From NCBI RefSeq assembly GCF_009914755.1, contig NC_060940.1: a stretch of 64,000 nt of DNA, one strand, 5' to 3'. The position numbers and the translations under genes are program-made. The DNA is from the human T2T-CHM13v2.0 reference genome, Homo sapiens. Below are positions 15,701 to 31,536 of this stretch, one piece after another. Every line of letters begins with the position of its first letter. Within the stretch, counting starts at the first letter, position 1. Under the pieces are notes generated by a model. That model saw nothing but the letters and a program-made list of their open reading frames with translations, did no database searches and was not told the DNA's origin.

Positions 15701-18700
15701 TTCCATTTGACTTCATTTGATGATGATTCCTTTCAAGTTCATTAGATGATTCCATTCGATTCCATTTGATGATGATCCCATTCGAGTCCATTCAGTGATT
15801 CCATTCGTTTCCATTCCATGATGATTCCATTCCTTTCCATTCAATGATTCCATTCGATTCCGTTTGATGATGATTTCATTCGAGTCCATTTGATGATTCC
15901 ATTTGATTCCATTCGATGATGATTCCATTCGAGTCCATTCGATGATTCTATTCGAATCCATTTGATGATTTCTTTTGATTATATTTGGTGATGATTCCAT
16001 TGGAGTCCATTCAATGATTCCATTCTATTCCAATCGATGATGATTCCATTAGAGTCCATTTAATGATTCCATTTGATTCCAGTCTCTGATGATTACATTC
16101 GAGTCCATACGATGATTCCACTCAATTCCATATGATGATGATTCCATTTGATTCCATTCGGTGATTCCATTCTATTCTATTCAATGGTGATTCCATTCGA
16201 GTACATTCGATGATTCCATTCGATTCCATTCAATGATGATTCTATTTGTGTCCCTTAGATGATTCCACATGATTCCATTAGATGATGATACTATTTGAGC
16301 CCATCCAATGATTCCCTTCGATTCCATTCGATGAGGATTCCATTCGATTCAATTCATTGGTGATTCTATTCAATTCAATTCTTTGATTCCATTCCATTCC
16401 ATTCGACAATGATTCCATTCGATTTCTTTCGATGATTCCACTCGATTCCACTTGACATTGATTCCATTCGATTCCATTCAATGATTCCATTTGATTCCAG
16501 TGGATGATGATTGCCATCGATTCCATTCGATCACTCCATTCTATTCCATTTGATGATGATTACATTCGATTCCATTTGATGATTCCATCTGATTCTATTC
16601 GAGGATTCCATTTGATTCCATTCGATGATGATTCCATTCGAGTCCATTCGATGATTTCATTCGAGTACATCCAATGATTCCATTCGAGTCCATTAGATGA
16701 TTCCATTTGATTCCATTTGAAAATGATTCTACTAGAGTCCATTCAATGACTCCATTCGAGTCCATTCAACAATTCCATTCGACTCCATTCGATGATTCCA
16801 TTCGATTCCATTTGATGGTTCCATTCGAGTCCATTTAATCATTACAGTCGAGTCCATTTGGTGATTCCACTGGATTTCTTTTGATAATGATACCATTCAA
16901 TTACATTTGATGATGATCCCATTCAATTTCATTTGATGATGATTCCATTAGAGTCCATTCGATGATTTCATTCGAGTCCCTTCATTGATTCCATCCGATT
17001 TCATTGGATGATGACTCCATTCGAGTCCATTCGATGATTCCACTCGATTCCATTAGATGACTCCATTGGAGTCCATTTGATTGTTCCATTCGATTCCATT
17101 CGATTCCTTTCGAAGATTATTCCATTTGAGTCCATTCGATGATGATTCCATTCCATTCCATTCGATGATTCCGTTTGATTCCATTCGATGATTCCCTTCG
17201 ATTCCTTTCTTTGATGATTCCATTCCATTCCATTCAATGATTCCATTCGAATCTATTCCATGATGATTCCTTTCGATTCCATTCGCTGATGTTTCCGTTC
17301 AATTCCATTCGATGATGATTCCATTCGATTCCATTCATTGAGGATTCCATTTGATTCCATTCAATGATGATTCCATTCTATTCCATTCAATGATTGCATT
17401 CAATTCCATTCAATGATTATCCCCTTAGAGTAAACTCAACGATTCCATTCAATACCATTCGATGATGATTCCTTTTGAGTCCATTCAATGATTTCATTCA
17501 AGTCCATTTGATGATTCCTTTCAATTCCATTCTATGATGATTCCATTCGAGTCCATTCGATGATTCCATTCGATTGCATTCGATGATTCCATTATATTCC
17601 ATTCAACGGTGATTCCATTCGAGTCCATTCCATGATTCCATTAGAGTACATTTAATGATTGCTTTGTTTTCAATTCGAAGATGATTACATTGGATTCCAT
17701 TCTATGATACCATTCGATTCCATTCAATGATGATTCCACTCAAATCCATTGGATGATTCCATTCGTGTCCATTCGGTGATTTCATTAGATTCCATTCGAG
17801 GATGATTCCATTCGATTCCATTCGATGATTCCATTCAATTCCATTCGATGATGATTCCATTCCAGTCCATATGATCATTCCATTTGATTTCATTCGATGA
17901 TGATTCCATTCGATTCGATTCGACGATTCCATTCTATTCCATTCGATGATGATTCCATTCGAGTCCATTCGATGATTCCATTCGAGTCCATTTAATGATT
18001 CCATTGGGTTCAATTCAATGATGATTACATTGGATTCCGTTCTATGATTCCATTCAATTCCGTTCATTGACAATTTGATTCCATTCGATGATGATTCCAT
18101 TTGAGTTCATTCGATGATTCTATTCGATTCTCTTCGATGGTGATTCAATTCTATTATATTGGATGATTCCATTCGATTCCATTTGATGTTGATTCAATTC
18201 GATTCTATTCGATGATGATTCCATTGGATTTCACTTGATGATTCTATTCGATTCCATTCAATGATGATTCACTTCTCTTCCATTGGATGATTCCATTTCA
18301 TTCCATTCGATGATGATTCCATTCGATTCCATTCGATGATTCCATTTGATTCCATGCGACGGTGAGCAATTCGATTCAATTCCATGATGATTCTATTTGA
18401 TTCAATTAGATGATGTTTCCATTCGAATCCATTCCATGATTATTCCATTGGAATCCATTCGGCGATGATTCCATATGAGTCAATTCAATGATGATTCCAT
18501 ATGTGTCCGTTCGATGATAATTCCATTTGATTTCATTCGATGCTTCTATTCTATTCCAGTCGATGATGATTCCGTTGGAGTCCATACGATGATTCCATTT
18601 GATTTCATTTGATGATGATTCCATTCGATGATGATTACATTGGATTCCATTCTATGATTCCATTCAATTCCATTCGTTGATGATTCGATTCCATTCAATG

Positions 18701-19335
18701 ATGATTCCATTTGAGTTCATTCGATGATTCTATTCGATTCCGTTCGATGGTGATTCAATTCTATTATATTGGATGATTCCACTCGATTCCATTTGATGAT
18801 TATTCCATTGGAGTCCACTTAGTGAATCCTTTAGATTCTACTCGACGATTATTCCATTCGAGTCCATTCGATGTTACCATTCAATTCCATTCGTTGATGC
18901 TTCCATTCAAGTGCATTTGATGATATCATTCGATTCCATTTGATGATAATTCCATTTGATTTCATTCGATGCTTCTATTCTATTCCAGTCGATGATGATT
19001 CCGTTGGAGTCCATACGATGATTTCATTTGATTTCATTTGATGATGATTCCATTCGATGATGATTACATTGGATTCCATTCTATGATTCCATTCAATTCC
19101 ATTCGTTGATGATTCGATTCCATTCAATGATGATTCCATTTGAGTTCATTCGATGATTCTATTCGATTCCGTTCGATGGTGATTCAATTCTATTATATTG
19201 GATGATTCCAGTCGATTCCATTTGATGATTATTCCATTGGAGTCCACTTAGTGAATCCTTTAGATTCTACTCGACGATGATTCCATTCGAGTCCATTCGA
19301 TGATACCATTCAATTCCATTCGTTGATGCTTCCAT
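12795..19335 (+). repeat. HOR copy 3 (6,541 bp = 6,112 +429 tandem duplication)
   Basis: Anchor at 12795 and 19336. GCTTCTATTCTATTCCAGTCG recurs at 18542 and 18971. Confidence 0.9.
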
Positions 19336-22300
19336 TCAAGTGCATTCGATGATATCATTCGATTCCATTTGATGATAATTCCATTTGATTCCATGCGATG
19401 ATTCTATTCGATTCCATTCAATGATAATTCCATTCAATTCAGTGATTCCTCTGGACTCCATTTGATGATGATTCCATTCAATGATTCCATTCGATTCTAT
19501 TCGAAAATGATTCCATTTGAATCCATTTGATGATGATTCCATTAGATTCCATTTGATGATTCCATTCGATTCCATTCGACGATGATTCCATTCGATTCCG
19601 TTTGATGATTCCATTCTATTCTATTCGATGATGATTCCATTCGATTCCATTCGATGATGATTGGATTCGATTTCATTTGATGATTTCATTTGATTCCATT
19701 CGTTAATGATTTCGATCAATTCCATTCGATGATTCCATTCGATTCCATTCGATAATGATTACATCCGAGTCCATTCGATGATTCCCTTTGAGCCTGTTCG
19801 ATAATTCCATTTGAGTCCAACCAATGATACCATTCATTTCCATTCAATGATTCCATTCGAGTCCATTTGATCATTCCGGTAGGGTCCGTTCGATGTTGAT
19901 TCCATTGGAGTGCATTCGATGATTCCATTCGAGTCCATTTTAGGATTTGATTCGAGTCCTTTCGATGATTCCATTCGATTCCACTCGATGATGATTTCAT
20001 TCGAGTCCATTCGACACTTCCAATCGATTCCATTTGATGATTCCATTCGAGTCCAATTGATGATTCCATTCAATTCCATTCGATGATGATTCCGTACGAT
20101 TCCATTCTGTGATGATTCCATGTGATTGCATTCAATGATGATTCCTTTCGATTGCATTCGATTATGATTCATTTCGTGTTCATTCTATGGTTCCACAGGT
20201 TTCCATTCGTGTCCATTCCATTATTCCATTCTATTCCATTTGATGATGATTCCATTCGATTCCATTCATTGGTGATTCCACTCAATTCCATTCAATGATT
20301 CCATTCCATTTCTTTCAACAATGATTCCATTAGTTTCTAATCGATGATCCACTTGATTCCATTTGACGACGATTCCATTCTTGTCCATTCGATGATTCCA
20401 TTTGATTCCATATGATGATGATTCCATTCGATTCCATACCATGATGATTCCATTCGAGTCCATTCAATGGTGATTCCATTCAATTCCATTCGATGATTCC
20501 TTTCGATTCCATTCGATGATGATGGCATTCGATTCCTTTCAATCATTCCCTTTGATTCCATTCCGAGGTGATTTCATTCAAGTCCATTCGATAATTGCAT
20601 TCGATTCCATTCTATGATGATTCCATTCGAGTCCATTTGATGATTCCATTCAATTCAAGTCAATGATGATTCCATTCGATTCCATTCGATGATTCCATTG
20701 GATTCCATTCGATGATGATTCCATTCAAATCCATTCGATAATTCAATTCAAGTCCATTCGATGATGATTCCAATCGAATCCATTCAAAGATTCCATTCAG
20801 TTCCATTCGATGATTCCACTTGATTTCATTTACGATGATTCCATTCGATTCCATGTGATGATTCCATTCAATTCTATTCAATGCTGTTTCCATTTCTTTC
20901 CATTCGACCATGATTGCCTTTGATTCCATTCAATGACTCCATTCGGTTCCTTTTGATGATGATTCCGTTCGATTCCATTTCATTATTCCATTTGATTCCA
21001 TTGGATGAGTCCATTCGATTCCATTCGATGATTATTCCATTCGAGTGCATTAGATGATTCCATTCGAGTCCATTCGATGATTCCATTCGATTCCATTCGA
21101 TGTTGATTCTGTTCAAATCCATTCGATGATTCCACTCGATTCCATTCGATGACTCCAGTTGATCCCATTCGATGATTTCCTTTGATTCCCTTTGATGATC
21201 ATTCCATTTGATTCAATTCGGTGATTTCATTTGATTCCATTCAGTGATGTTTCCATTCGACTCCATTCGATGATGATTCCATTCCACTCCATTCGATTAT
21301 GATTTCATTCAATTCCATTCGATAATGATTCCCTTCGAGTCCATTCGATGATTCCATTCGATTCCATTCAACGATGATTTGATTCGTGTCCATTCGATGA
21401 TTCCATTTGATTCCACTTGATGATGATTCCATTCGAGTCCATTTGATGATTCCATTCAATTCCATTCTCCGATGATTTCTTTTGAGCCCATTCAATGCTT
21501 CCACTCGATTCCATATGATGATGACTCCATTCGATGAAATTCGATGATGATTCCATTCGTTTGCATTCGATGATGATTCCACTTGAGTCCATTAGAAGAT
21601 TCTATTCAATTACATTCCATGACGATTCCGTTCGAGTCCATTTGATGATTCCATTAGACTCCATTCGACGATGATTCCATTCGATGTTATTCGATGATTC
21701 CATTCGATCTCATTCGATGATGATTCCATTCAACTCCATTCGATGTTTCCATTCGAGTTCATTCTATTATTCCATTAGATTCCATTCGATGATGATTCCA
21801 TTCGATTCCATTTGATGATTGCATTCTATTTCATTTGATGATGATTCCATTCGAGTCCACTCGATGATTCCATTCGAGTCCATTTAATGAATCCATTGGT
21901 TTCAATTCTATGATGATTACATTGGATTCCATTCGTTGATGATTTCATTCGGTTCCATTCAATGATGATTCCATTCAATTCCTTTCAATGTTTCCATTCA
22001 ATTCCATACGATGATGATTCCATTTGATTTGATTCGACAGTGAGCCATTCGATTCAATTCCATGATGATTCTATTTGATTCCATTGGTTGACATTTCCAT
22101 TCGATTCCATTCGATGATGATTCCCTTTGATTCCATTCAAAGATGATTCCATTCTAGCCCATTCAATCATTCCATTCGAATCTATTCAATGATGATTCCA
22201 TTCATGTCGATTTGGTGATTCCATTTGACTTCATTTGATGATGATTCCTTTCAAGTTCATTAGATGATTCCATTCGATTCCATTTGATGATGATCCCATT

Positions 22301-25300
22301 CGAGTCCATTCAGTGATTCCACTCGTTTCCATTCCATGATGATTCCATTCCATTCCATGCAATGATTCCATTCGATTCCGTTTGATGATGATTTCATTCG
22401 AGTCCATTTGATGATTCCATTTGATTCCATTCGATGATGATTCCATTCGAGTCCATTCGATGATTCTATTCGAATCCATTTGATGATTTCTTTTGATTAT
22501 AGTTGGTGATGATTCCATTGGAGTCCATTCAATGATTCCATTCGATTCCAATCGATGGTGATTCCATTAGAGTCCATTTAATGATTCCATTTGATTCCAG
22601 TCTCTGATGATTACATTCGAGTCCATACGATGATTCCACTCAATTCCATATGATGATGATTCCATTCGATTCCATTCGATGATTCCGTTCTATTCTATTC
22701 AATGGTGATTCCATTCGAGTACATTAGATGATTCCATTCGATTCCATTCAATGATGATTCTATTTGTGTCCCTTAGATGATTCCACATGATTCCATTAGA
22801 TGATGATACTATTTGAGCCCATCCAATGATTCCCTTCGATTCCATTCGATGAGGATTCCATTCGATTCAATTCATTGGTGATTCTATTCAATTCAATTCT
22901 TTGATTCCATTCCATTCCATTCGACAATGATTCCATTCGATTTCTTTCGATGATTCCACTCGATTCCACTTGACATTGATTCCCTTCGATTCCATTCAAT
23001 GATTCCATTTGATTCCAGTGGATGATGATTGCCATCGATTCCATTTGATCACTCCATTCTATTCCACTTGATGATGATTACATTCGATTCCATTTGACGA
23101 TTCCATCTGATTCTATTCGAGGATTCCATTTGATTCCATTCGATGATGATTCCATTCGAGTCCATTCGATGATATCATTCGAATACATCCAATGATTCCA
23201 TTCGAGTCCATTTGATGATTCCATTTGATTCCATTTGATAATGATTCTACTAGAGTCCATTCAATGACTCCATTGGAGTCCATTCAACAATTCCATTCGA
23301 CTCCATTTGATGATTCCATTGGATTCCATTTGATGATTCCATTCGAGTCCATTTAATCATTACAGTCGAGTCCATTTGGTGATTCCACCGGATTTCTTTT
23401 GATAATGATACCATTCAATTACATTTGATGATGATCCCATTCAATTTCATTTGATGATGATTCCATTAGAGTCCATTCGATGATTTCATTCGAGTCCCTT
23501 CATTGATTCCATCCGATTTCATTGGATGATGACTCCATTCGAGTCCATTCGATGATTCCACTCGATTCCATTAGATGATTCCATTGGAGTCCATTTCATT
23601 GTTCCATTCGATTCCATTCGATTCCTTTCGAAGATTATTCCATTTGAGTCCATTCGATGATGATTCCATTCCATTCCATTCGATGATTCCGTTTGATTCC
23701 ATTCGATGATTCCCTTCGATTCCTTTCTTTGATGATTCCATTCCATTCCATTCAATGATTCCATTCGAATCTATTCCATGATGATTCCTTTCGATTCCAT
23801 TCGCTGATGTTTCCGTTCAATTCCATTCGATGATGATTCCATTCGATTCCATTCATTGAGGATTCCATTTGATTCCATTCAATGATGATTCCGTTCTATT
23901 CCATTCAATGATTGCATTCAATTCCATTCAGTGATTATCCCCTTAGAGTAAACTCAACGATTCCATTCAATACCATTCGATGATGATTCCTTTTGAGTCC
24001 ATTCAATGATTTCATTCAAGTCCATTTGATGATTCCTTTCAATTCCATTCTATGATGATTCCATTCGAGTCCATTCGATGATTCCATTCGATTGCATTTG
24101 ATGATTACATTATATTCCAGTCAACGATGATTCCATTCGAGTCCATTCGATGATTCCATTAGAGTACATTTAATGATTGCTTTGTTTTCAATTCGAAGAT
24201 GATTACATTGGATTCCATTCTATGATACCATTCGATTCCATTCAATGATGATTCCACTCAAATCCATTGGATGATTCCATTCGTGTCCATTCGGTGATTT
24301 CATTAGATTCCATTCGAGGATGATTCCATTCGATTCCATTCGATGATTCCATTCAATTCCATTCGAGGATGATTCCATTCCAGTCCATATGATCATTCCA
24401 TTTGATTTCATTCGATGATGATTCCATTCGATTCCATTCGATGATTCCATTCTATTCCATTCGATGATGATTCCATTCGAGTCCATTCGATGATTCCATT
24501 CGAGTCCATTTAATGATTCCATTGGGTTCAATTCAATGATGATTACATTGGATTCCGTTCTATGATTCCATTCAATTCCGTTCATTGACAATTTGATTCC
24601 ATTCGATGATGATTCCATTTGAGTTCATTCGATGATTCTATTCGATTCTCTTCGATGGTGATTCAATTCTATTATATTGGAGGATTCCATTCGATTCCAT
24701 TTGATGTTGATTCAATTCGATTCTATTCGATGATGATTCCATTGGATTTCACTTGATGATTCTATTCGATTCCATTCAATGATGATTCACTTCTCGTCCA
24801 TTGGATGATTCCATTTCATTCCATTCGATGATGATTCCATTCGATTCCATTCGATGATTCCATTTGATTCCATGCGTTGGTGAGCAATTCGATTCAATTC
24901 CATGATGATTCTATTTGATTCAATTAGATGATGTTTCCATTCGAATCCATTCCATGATTATTCCATTGGAATCCATTCGGCGATGATTCCATATGAGTCA
25001 ATTCAATGATGATTCCATATGGGTCCGTTCGATGATAATTCCATTAGATTTCATTCGGTGCTTCTATTCAATTCCAGTCGATGATGATTCCGTTGGAGTC
25101 CATACGATGATTCCATTTGATTTCATTTGATGATGATTCCATTCGATGATGATTACATTGGATTCCATTCTATGATTCCATTCAATTCCATTCGTTGATG
25201 ATTCGATTCCATTCAATGATGATTCCATTTGAGTTCATTCGATGATTCTATTCGATTCCGTTCTATGGTGATTCAATTCTCTTATATTGGATGAATCCAC

Positions 25301-25424
25301 TCGATTCCATTTGATGATTATTCCATTGGAGTCCACTTAGTGAATCCTTCAGATTCTACTCGAAGATGATTCCATTCAAGTCCATTCGATGATACCATTC
25401 AATTCCATTCGTTGATGCTTCCAT
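19336..25424 (+). repeat. HOR copy 4 (6,089 bp = 6,112 -23)
   Basis: Anchor at 19336 and 25425. The GATTCCCTTAGATTCC monomer is missing near 20810. Confidence 0.9.
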
Positions 25425-28400
25425 TCAAGTGCATTCGATGATATCATTCGATTCCATTTGATGATAATTCCATTTGATTCCATGCGATGATTCTATTCGA
25501 TTCCATTCAATGATAATTCCATTCAGTTCAGTGATTCCTCTGGACTCCATTTGATGATGATTCCATTCAATGATTCCATTCGATTCTATTCGAAAGTGAT
25601 TCCATTTGAATCCATTTGATGATGATTCCATTAGATTCCATTTGATGATTCCATTCGATTCCATGCGACGATGATTCCATTCGATTCCATGTGATGATTC
25701 CATTCTATTCTATTCGATGATGATTCCATTCGATTCCATTCGATGATGATTGGATTCGATTCCATTTGATGATATCATTTGATTCCATTCGTTAATGATT
25801 TCGATCAATTCCATTCGATGATTCCATTCGATTCCATTCGATAATGATTACATCCGTGTCCATTCAGTGATTCCATTTGAGCCTGTTCGATAATTCCATT
25901 TGAGTCCAACCAATGATTCCATTCATTTCCATTCAATGATTCCATTCGAGTCCATTTGATCATTCCGGTAGGGTCCATTCGATGTTGATTCCATTGGAGT
26001 GCATTCGATGATTCCATTCGAGTCCATTTTACGATTTGATTCGAGTCCTTTCGATGATTCCATTCGATTCCACTCGATGATGATTTCATTCGAGTCCATT
26101 CGACACTTCCAATCGATTCCATTTGATGTTTCCATTCGAGTCCAATTGATGATTCCATTCAATTCCATTCGATGATGATTCCGTACGATTCCATTCTGTG
26201 ATGATTCCATGTGATTGCATTCAATGATGATTCCTTTAGATTGCATTCGATTGTGATTCATTTCGTCTTCATTCTATGGTTCCACAGGTTTCCATTCGTG
26301 TCCATTCCATTATTCCATTCTATTCCATTTGATGATGATTCCATTCGATTCCATTCATTGGTGATTCCACTCAATTCCATTCAATGATTCCATTCCATTT
26401 CTTTCAACAATGATTCCATTAGTTTCTAATCGATGATCCACTTGATTCCATTTGACGACGATTCCATTCTTGTCCATTCGATGATTCCATTTGATTCCAT
26501 ATGATGATGATTCCATTCGATTCCATACCATGATGATTCCATTCGAGTCCATTCAATGGTGATTCCATTCAATTCCATTCGATGATTCCTTTCGATTCCA
26601 TTCGATGATGATGGCATTCGATTCCTTTCAATCATTCCCTTTGATTGCATTCAAAGGTGATTTCATTCAAGTCCATTCGATAATTGCATTCGATTCCATT
26701 CTATGATGATTCCATTCGAGTCCATTTGATGATTCCATTCAATTCAAGTCAATGATGATTCCATTCGATTCCATTCGATGATTCCATTGGATTCCATTCG
26801 ATGATGATTCCATTCAAATCCATTCGATAATTCAATTCAAGTCCATTCGATGATGATTAAAATCGAATCTATTCAAAGATTCCATTCAGTTGCATTCGAT
26901 GATTCCCTTAGATTCCATTCGATGATTCCACTTGATTTCATTTACGATGATTCCATTCGATTCCATGTGATGATTCCATTCAATTCTATTCAATGCTGTT
27001 TCCATTTGATTCCATTCGACCATGATTGCCTTTGATTCCATTCAATGACTCCATTCGGTTCCTTTTGATGATGATTCCGTTCGATTCCATTTCATTATTC
27101 CATTTGATTCCATTGGATGAGTCCATTCGATTACATTCGATGATTATTCCATTCGAGTGCATTAGATGATTCCATTCGAGTCCATTCGATGATTCCATTC
27201 GATTCCATTCGATGTTGATTCTGTTCAAATCCATTCGATGATTCCACTCGATTCCATTCGATGACTCCAGTTGATCCCATTCGATGATTTCCTTTGATTC
27301 CCTTTGATGATCATTCCATTTGATTCAATTCGGTGATTTCATTTGATTCCATTCAGTGATGTTTCCATTCGACTCCATTCGATGATGATTCCATTCGACT
27401 CCATTCGATTATGATTTCATTCAATTCCATTCGATAATGATTCCCTTCGAGTCCATTCGATGATTCCATTCGATTCCATTCAACGATGATTTGATTCGTG
27501 TCCATTCGATGATTCCATTTGATTCCACTTGATGATGATTCCATTCGAGTCCATTTGATGATTCCATTCAATTCCATTCTCCGATGATTTCTTTTGAGCC
27601 CATTCAATGCTTCCACTCGATTCCATATGATGATGACTCCATTCGATGAAATTCGATGATGATTCCATTCGCTTGCATTCGATGATGATTCCACTTGAGT
27701 CCATTAGAAGATTCTATTCAATTACATTCCATGACGATTCCGTTCGAGTCCATTTGATGATTCCATTAGACTCCATTCGACGATGATTCCATTCGATGTT
27801 ATTCGATGATTCCATTCGATCTCATTCGATGATGATTCCATTCAACTCCATTCGATGTTTCCATTCGAGTTCATTCTATTATTCCATTAGATTCCATTCG
27901 ATGATGATTCCATTCGATTCCATTTGATGATTGCATTCTATTTCATTTGATGATGATTCCATTCGAGTCCACTCGATGATTCCATTCGAGTCCATTTAAT
28001 GAATCCATTGGTTTCAATTCTATGATGATTACATTGGATTCCATTCGTTGATGATTTCATTCGGTTCCATTCAATGATGATTCAATTCAATTCCTTTCAA
28101 TGTTTCCATTCAATTCCATACGATGATGATTCCATTTGATTTGATTCGACAATGAGCCATTCGATTCAATTCCATGATGATTCTATTTGATTCCATTGGT
28201 TGACATTTCCATTCGATTCCATTCGATGATGATTCCCTTTGATTCCATTCAAAGATGATTCCATTCTAGCCCATTCAATCATTCCATTCGAATCTATTCA
28301 ATGATGATTCCATTCATGTCGATTTCGTGATTCCATTTGACTTCATTTGATGATGATTCCTTTCAAGTTCATTAGATGATTCCATTCGATTCCATTTGAT

Positions 28401-31400
28401 GATGATCCCATTCGAGTCCATTCAGTGATTCCACTCGTTTCCATTCCATGATGATTCCATTCCATTCCATGCAATGATTCCATTCGATTCCGTTTGATGA
28501 TGATTTCATTCGAGTCCATTTGATGATTCCATTTGATTCCATTCGATGATGATTCCATTCGAGTCCATTCGATGATTCTATTCGAATCCATTTGATGATT
28601 TCTTTTGATTATAGTTGGTGATGATTCCATTGGAGTCCATTCAATGATTCCATTCGATTCCAATCGATGGTGATTCCATTAGAGTCCATTTAATGATTCC
28701 ATTTGATTCCAGTCTCTGATGATTACATTCGAGTCCATACGATGATTCCACTCAATTCCATATCATGATGATTCCATTCGATTCCATTCGATGATTCCAT
28801 TCTATTCTATTCAATGGTGATTCCATTCGAGTACATTAGATGATTCCATTCGATTCCATTCAATGATGATTCTATTTGTGTCCCTTAGATGATTCCACAT
28901 GATTCCATTAGATGATGATACTATTTGAGCCCATCCAATGATTCCCTTCGATTCCATTCGATGAGGATTCCATTCGATTCAATTCATTGGTGATTCTATT
29001 CAATTCAATTCTTTGATTCCATTCCATTCCATTCGACAATGATTCCATTCGATTTCTTTCGATGATTCCACTCGATTCCACTTGACATTGATTCCCTTCG
29101 ATTCCATTCAATGATTCCATTTGATTCCAGTGGATGATGATTGCCATCGATTCCATTTGATCACTCCATTCTATTCCACTTGATGATGATTACATTCGAT
29201 TCCATTTGACGATTCCATCTGATTCTATTCGAGGATTCCATTTGATTCCATTCGATGATGATTCCATTCGAGTCCATTCGATGATATCATTTGAGTACAT
29301 CCAATGATTCCATTCGAGTCCATTTGATGATTCCATTTGATTCCATTTGATAATGATTCTACTAGAGTCCATTCAATGACTCCATTGGAGTCCATTCAAC
29401 AATTCCATTCGACTCCACTTGATGATTCCATTGGATTCCATTTGATGATTCCATTCGAGTCCATTTAATCATTACAGTCGAGTCCATTTGGTGATTCCAC
29501 CGGATTTCTTTTGATAATGATACCATTCAATTACATTTGATGATGATCCCATTCAATTTCATTTGATGATGATTCCATTAGAGTCCATTCGATGATTTCA
29601 TTCGAGTCCCTTCATTGATTCCATCCGATTTCATTGGATGATGACTCCATTCGAGTCCATTCGATGATTCCACTCGATTCCATTAGATGATTCCATTGGA
29701 GTCCATTTGATTGTTCCATTCGATTCCATTCGATTCCTTTCGAAGATTATTCCATTTGAGTCCATTCGATGATGATTCCATTCCATTCCATTCGATGATT
29801 CCGTTTGATTCCATTTGATGATTCCCTTCGATTCCTTTCTTTGATGATTCCATTCCATTCCATTCAATGATTCCATTCGAATCTATTCCATGATGATTCC
29901 TTTCGATTCCATTCGCTGATGTTTCCGTTCAATTCCATTCGATGATGATTCCATTCGATTCCATTCATTGAGGATTCCATTTGATTCCATTCAATGATGA
30001 TTCCGTTCTATTCCATTCAATGATTGCATTCAATTCCATTCAGTGATTATCCCCTTAGAGTAAACTCAACGATTCCATTCAATACCATTCGATGATGATT
30101 CCTTTTGAGTCCATTCAATGATTTCATTCAAGTCCATTTGATGATTCCTTTGAATTCCATTCTATGATGATTCCATTCGAGTCCATTCGATGATTCCATT
30201 CGATTGCATTCGATGATTCCATTATATTCCAGTCAACGATGATTCCATTCGAGTCCATTCGATGATTCCATTAGAGTACATTTAATGATTGCTTTGTTTT
30301 CAATTCGAAGATGATTACATTGGATTCCATTCTATGATACCATTCGATTCCATTCAATGATGATTCCACTCAAATCCATTGGATGATTCCATTCGTGTCC
30401 ATTCGGTGATTTCATTAGATTCCATTCGAGGATGATTCCATTCGATTCCATTCGATGATTCCATTCAATTCCATTCGAGGATGATTCCATTCCAGTCCAT
30501 ATGATCATTCCATTTGATTTCATTCGATGATGATTCCATTCGATTCCATTCGATGATTCCATTCTATTCCATTCGATGATGATTCCATTCGAGTCCATTC
30601 GATGATTCCATTCGAGTCCATTTAATGATTCCATTGGGTTCAATTCAATGATGATTACATTGGATTCCGTTCTATGATTCCATTCAATTCCGTTCATTGA
30701 CAATTTGATTCCATTCGATGATGATTCCATTTGAGTTCATTCGATGATTCTATTCGATTCTCTTCGATGGTGATTCAATTCTATTATATTGGATGATTCC
30801 ATTCGATTCCATTTGATGTTGATTCAATTCGATTCTATTCGATGATGATTCCATTGGATTTCACTTGATGATTCTATTCGATTCCATTCAATGATGATTC
30901 ACTTCTCGTCCATTGGATGATTCCATTTCATTCCATTCGATGATGATTCCATTCGATTCCATTCGATGATTCCATTTGATTCCATGCGTCGGTGAGCAAT
31001 TCGATTCAATTCCATGATGATTCTATTTGATTCAATTAGATGATGTTTCCATTCGAATCCATTCCATGATTATTCCATTGGAATCCATTCGGCGATGATT
31101 CCATATGAGTCAATTCAATGATGATTCCATATGGGTCCGTTCGATGATAATTCCATTTGATTTCATTCGGTGCTTCTATTCAATTCCAGTCGATGATGAT
31201 TCCGTTGGAGTCCATACGATGATTCCATTTGATTTCATTTGATGATGATTCCATTCGATGATGATTACATTGGATTCCATTCTATGATTCCATTCAATTC
31301 CATTCGTTGATGATTCGATTCCATTAAATGATGATTCCTTTTGAGTTCATTCGATGATTCTATTCGATTCCGTTCGATGGTGATTCAATTCTCTTATATT

Positions 31401-31536
31401 GGATGAATCCACTCGATTCCATTTGATGATTATTCCATTGGAGTCCACTTAGTGAATCCTTCAGATTCTACTCGAAGATGATTCCATTCAAGTCCATTCG
31501 ATGATACCATTCAATTCCATTCGTTGATGCTTCCAT
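25425..31536 (+). repeat. HOR copy 5, canonical 6,112-bp unit
   Basis: Anchor at 25425 and 31537. Homologous ORF coordinates are offset by exactly 6,112 (21241/27353, 22231/28343, 24220/30332, 26355/32467). Confidence 0.93.
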
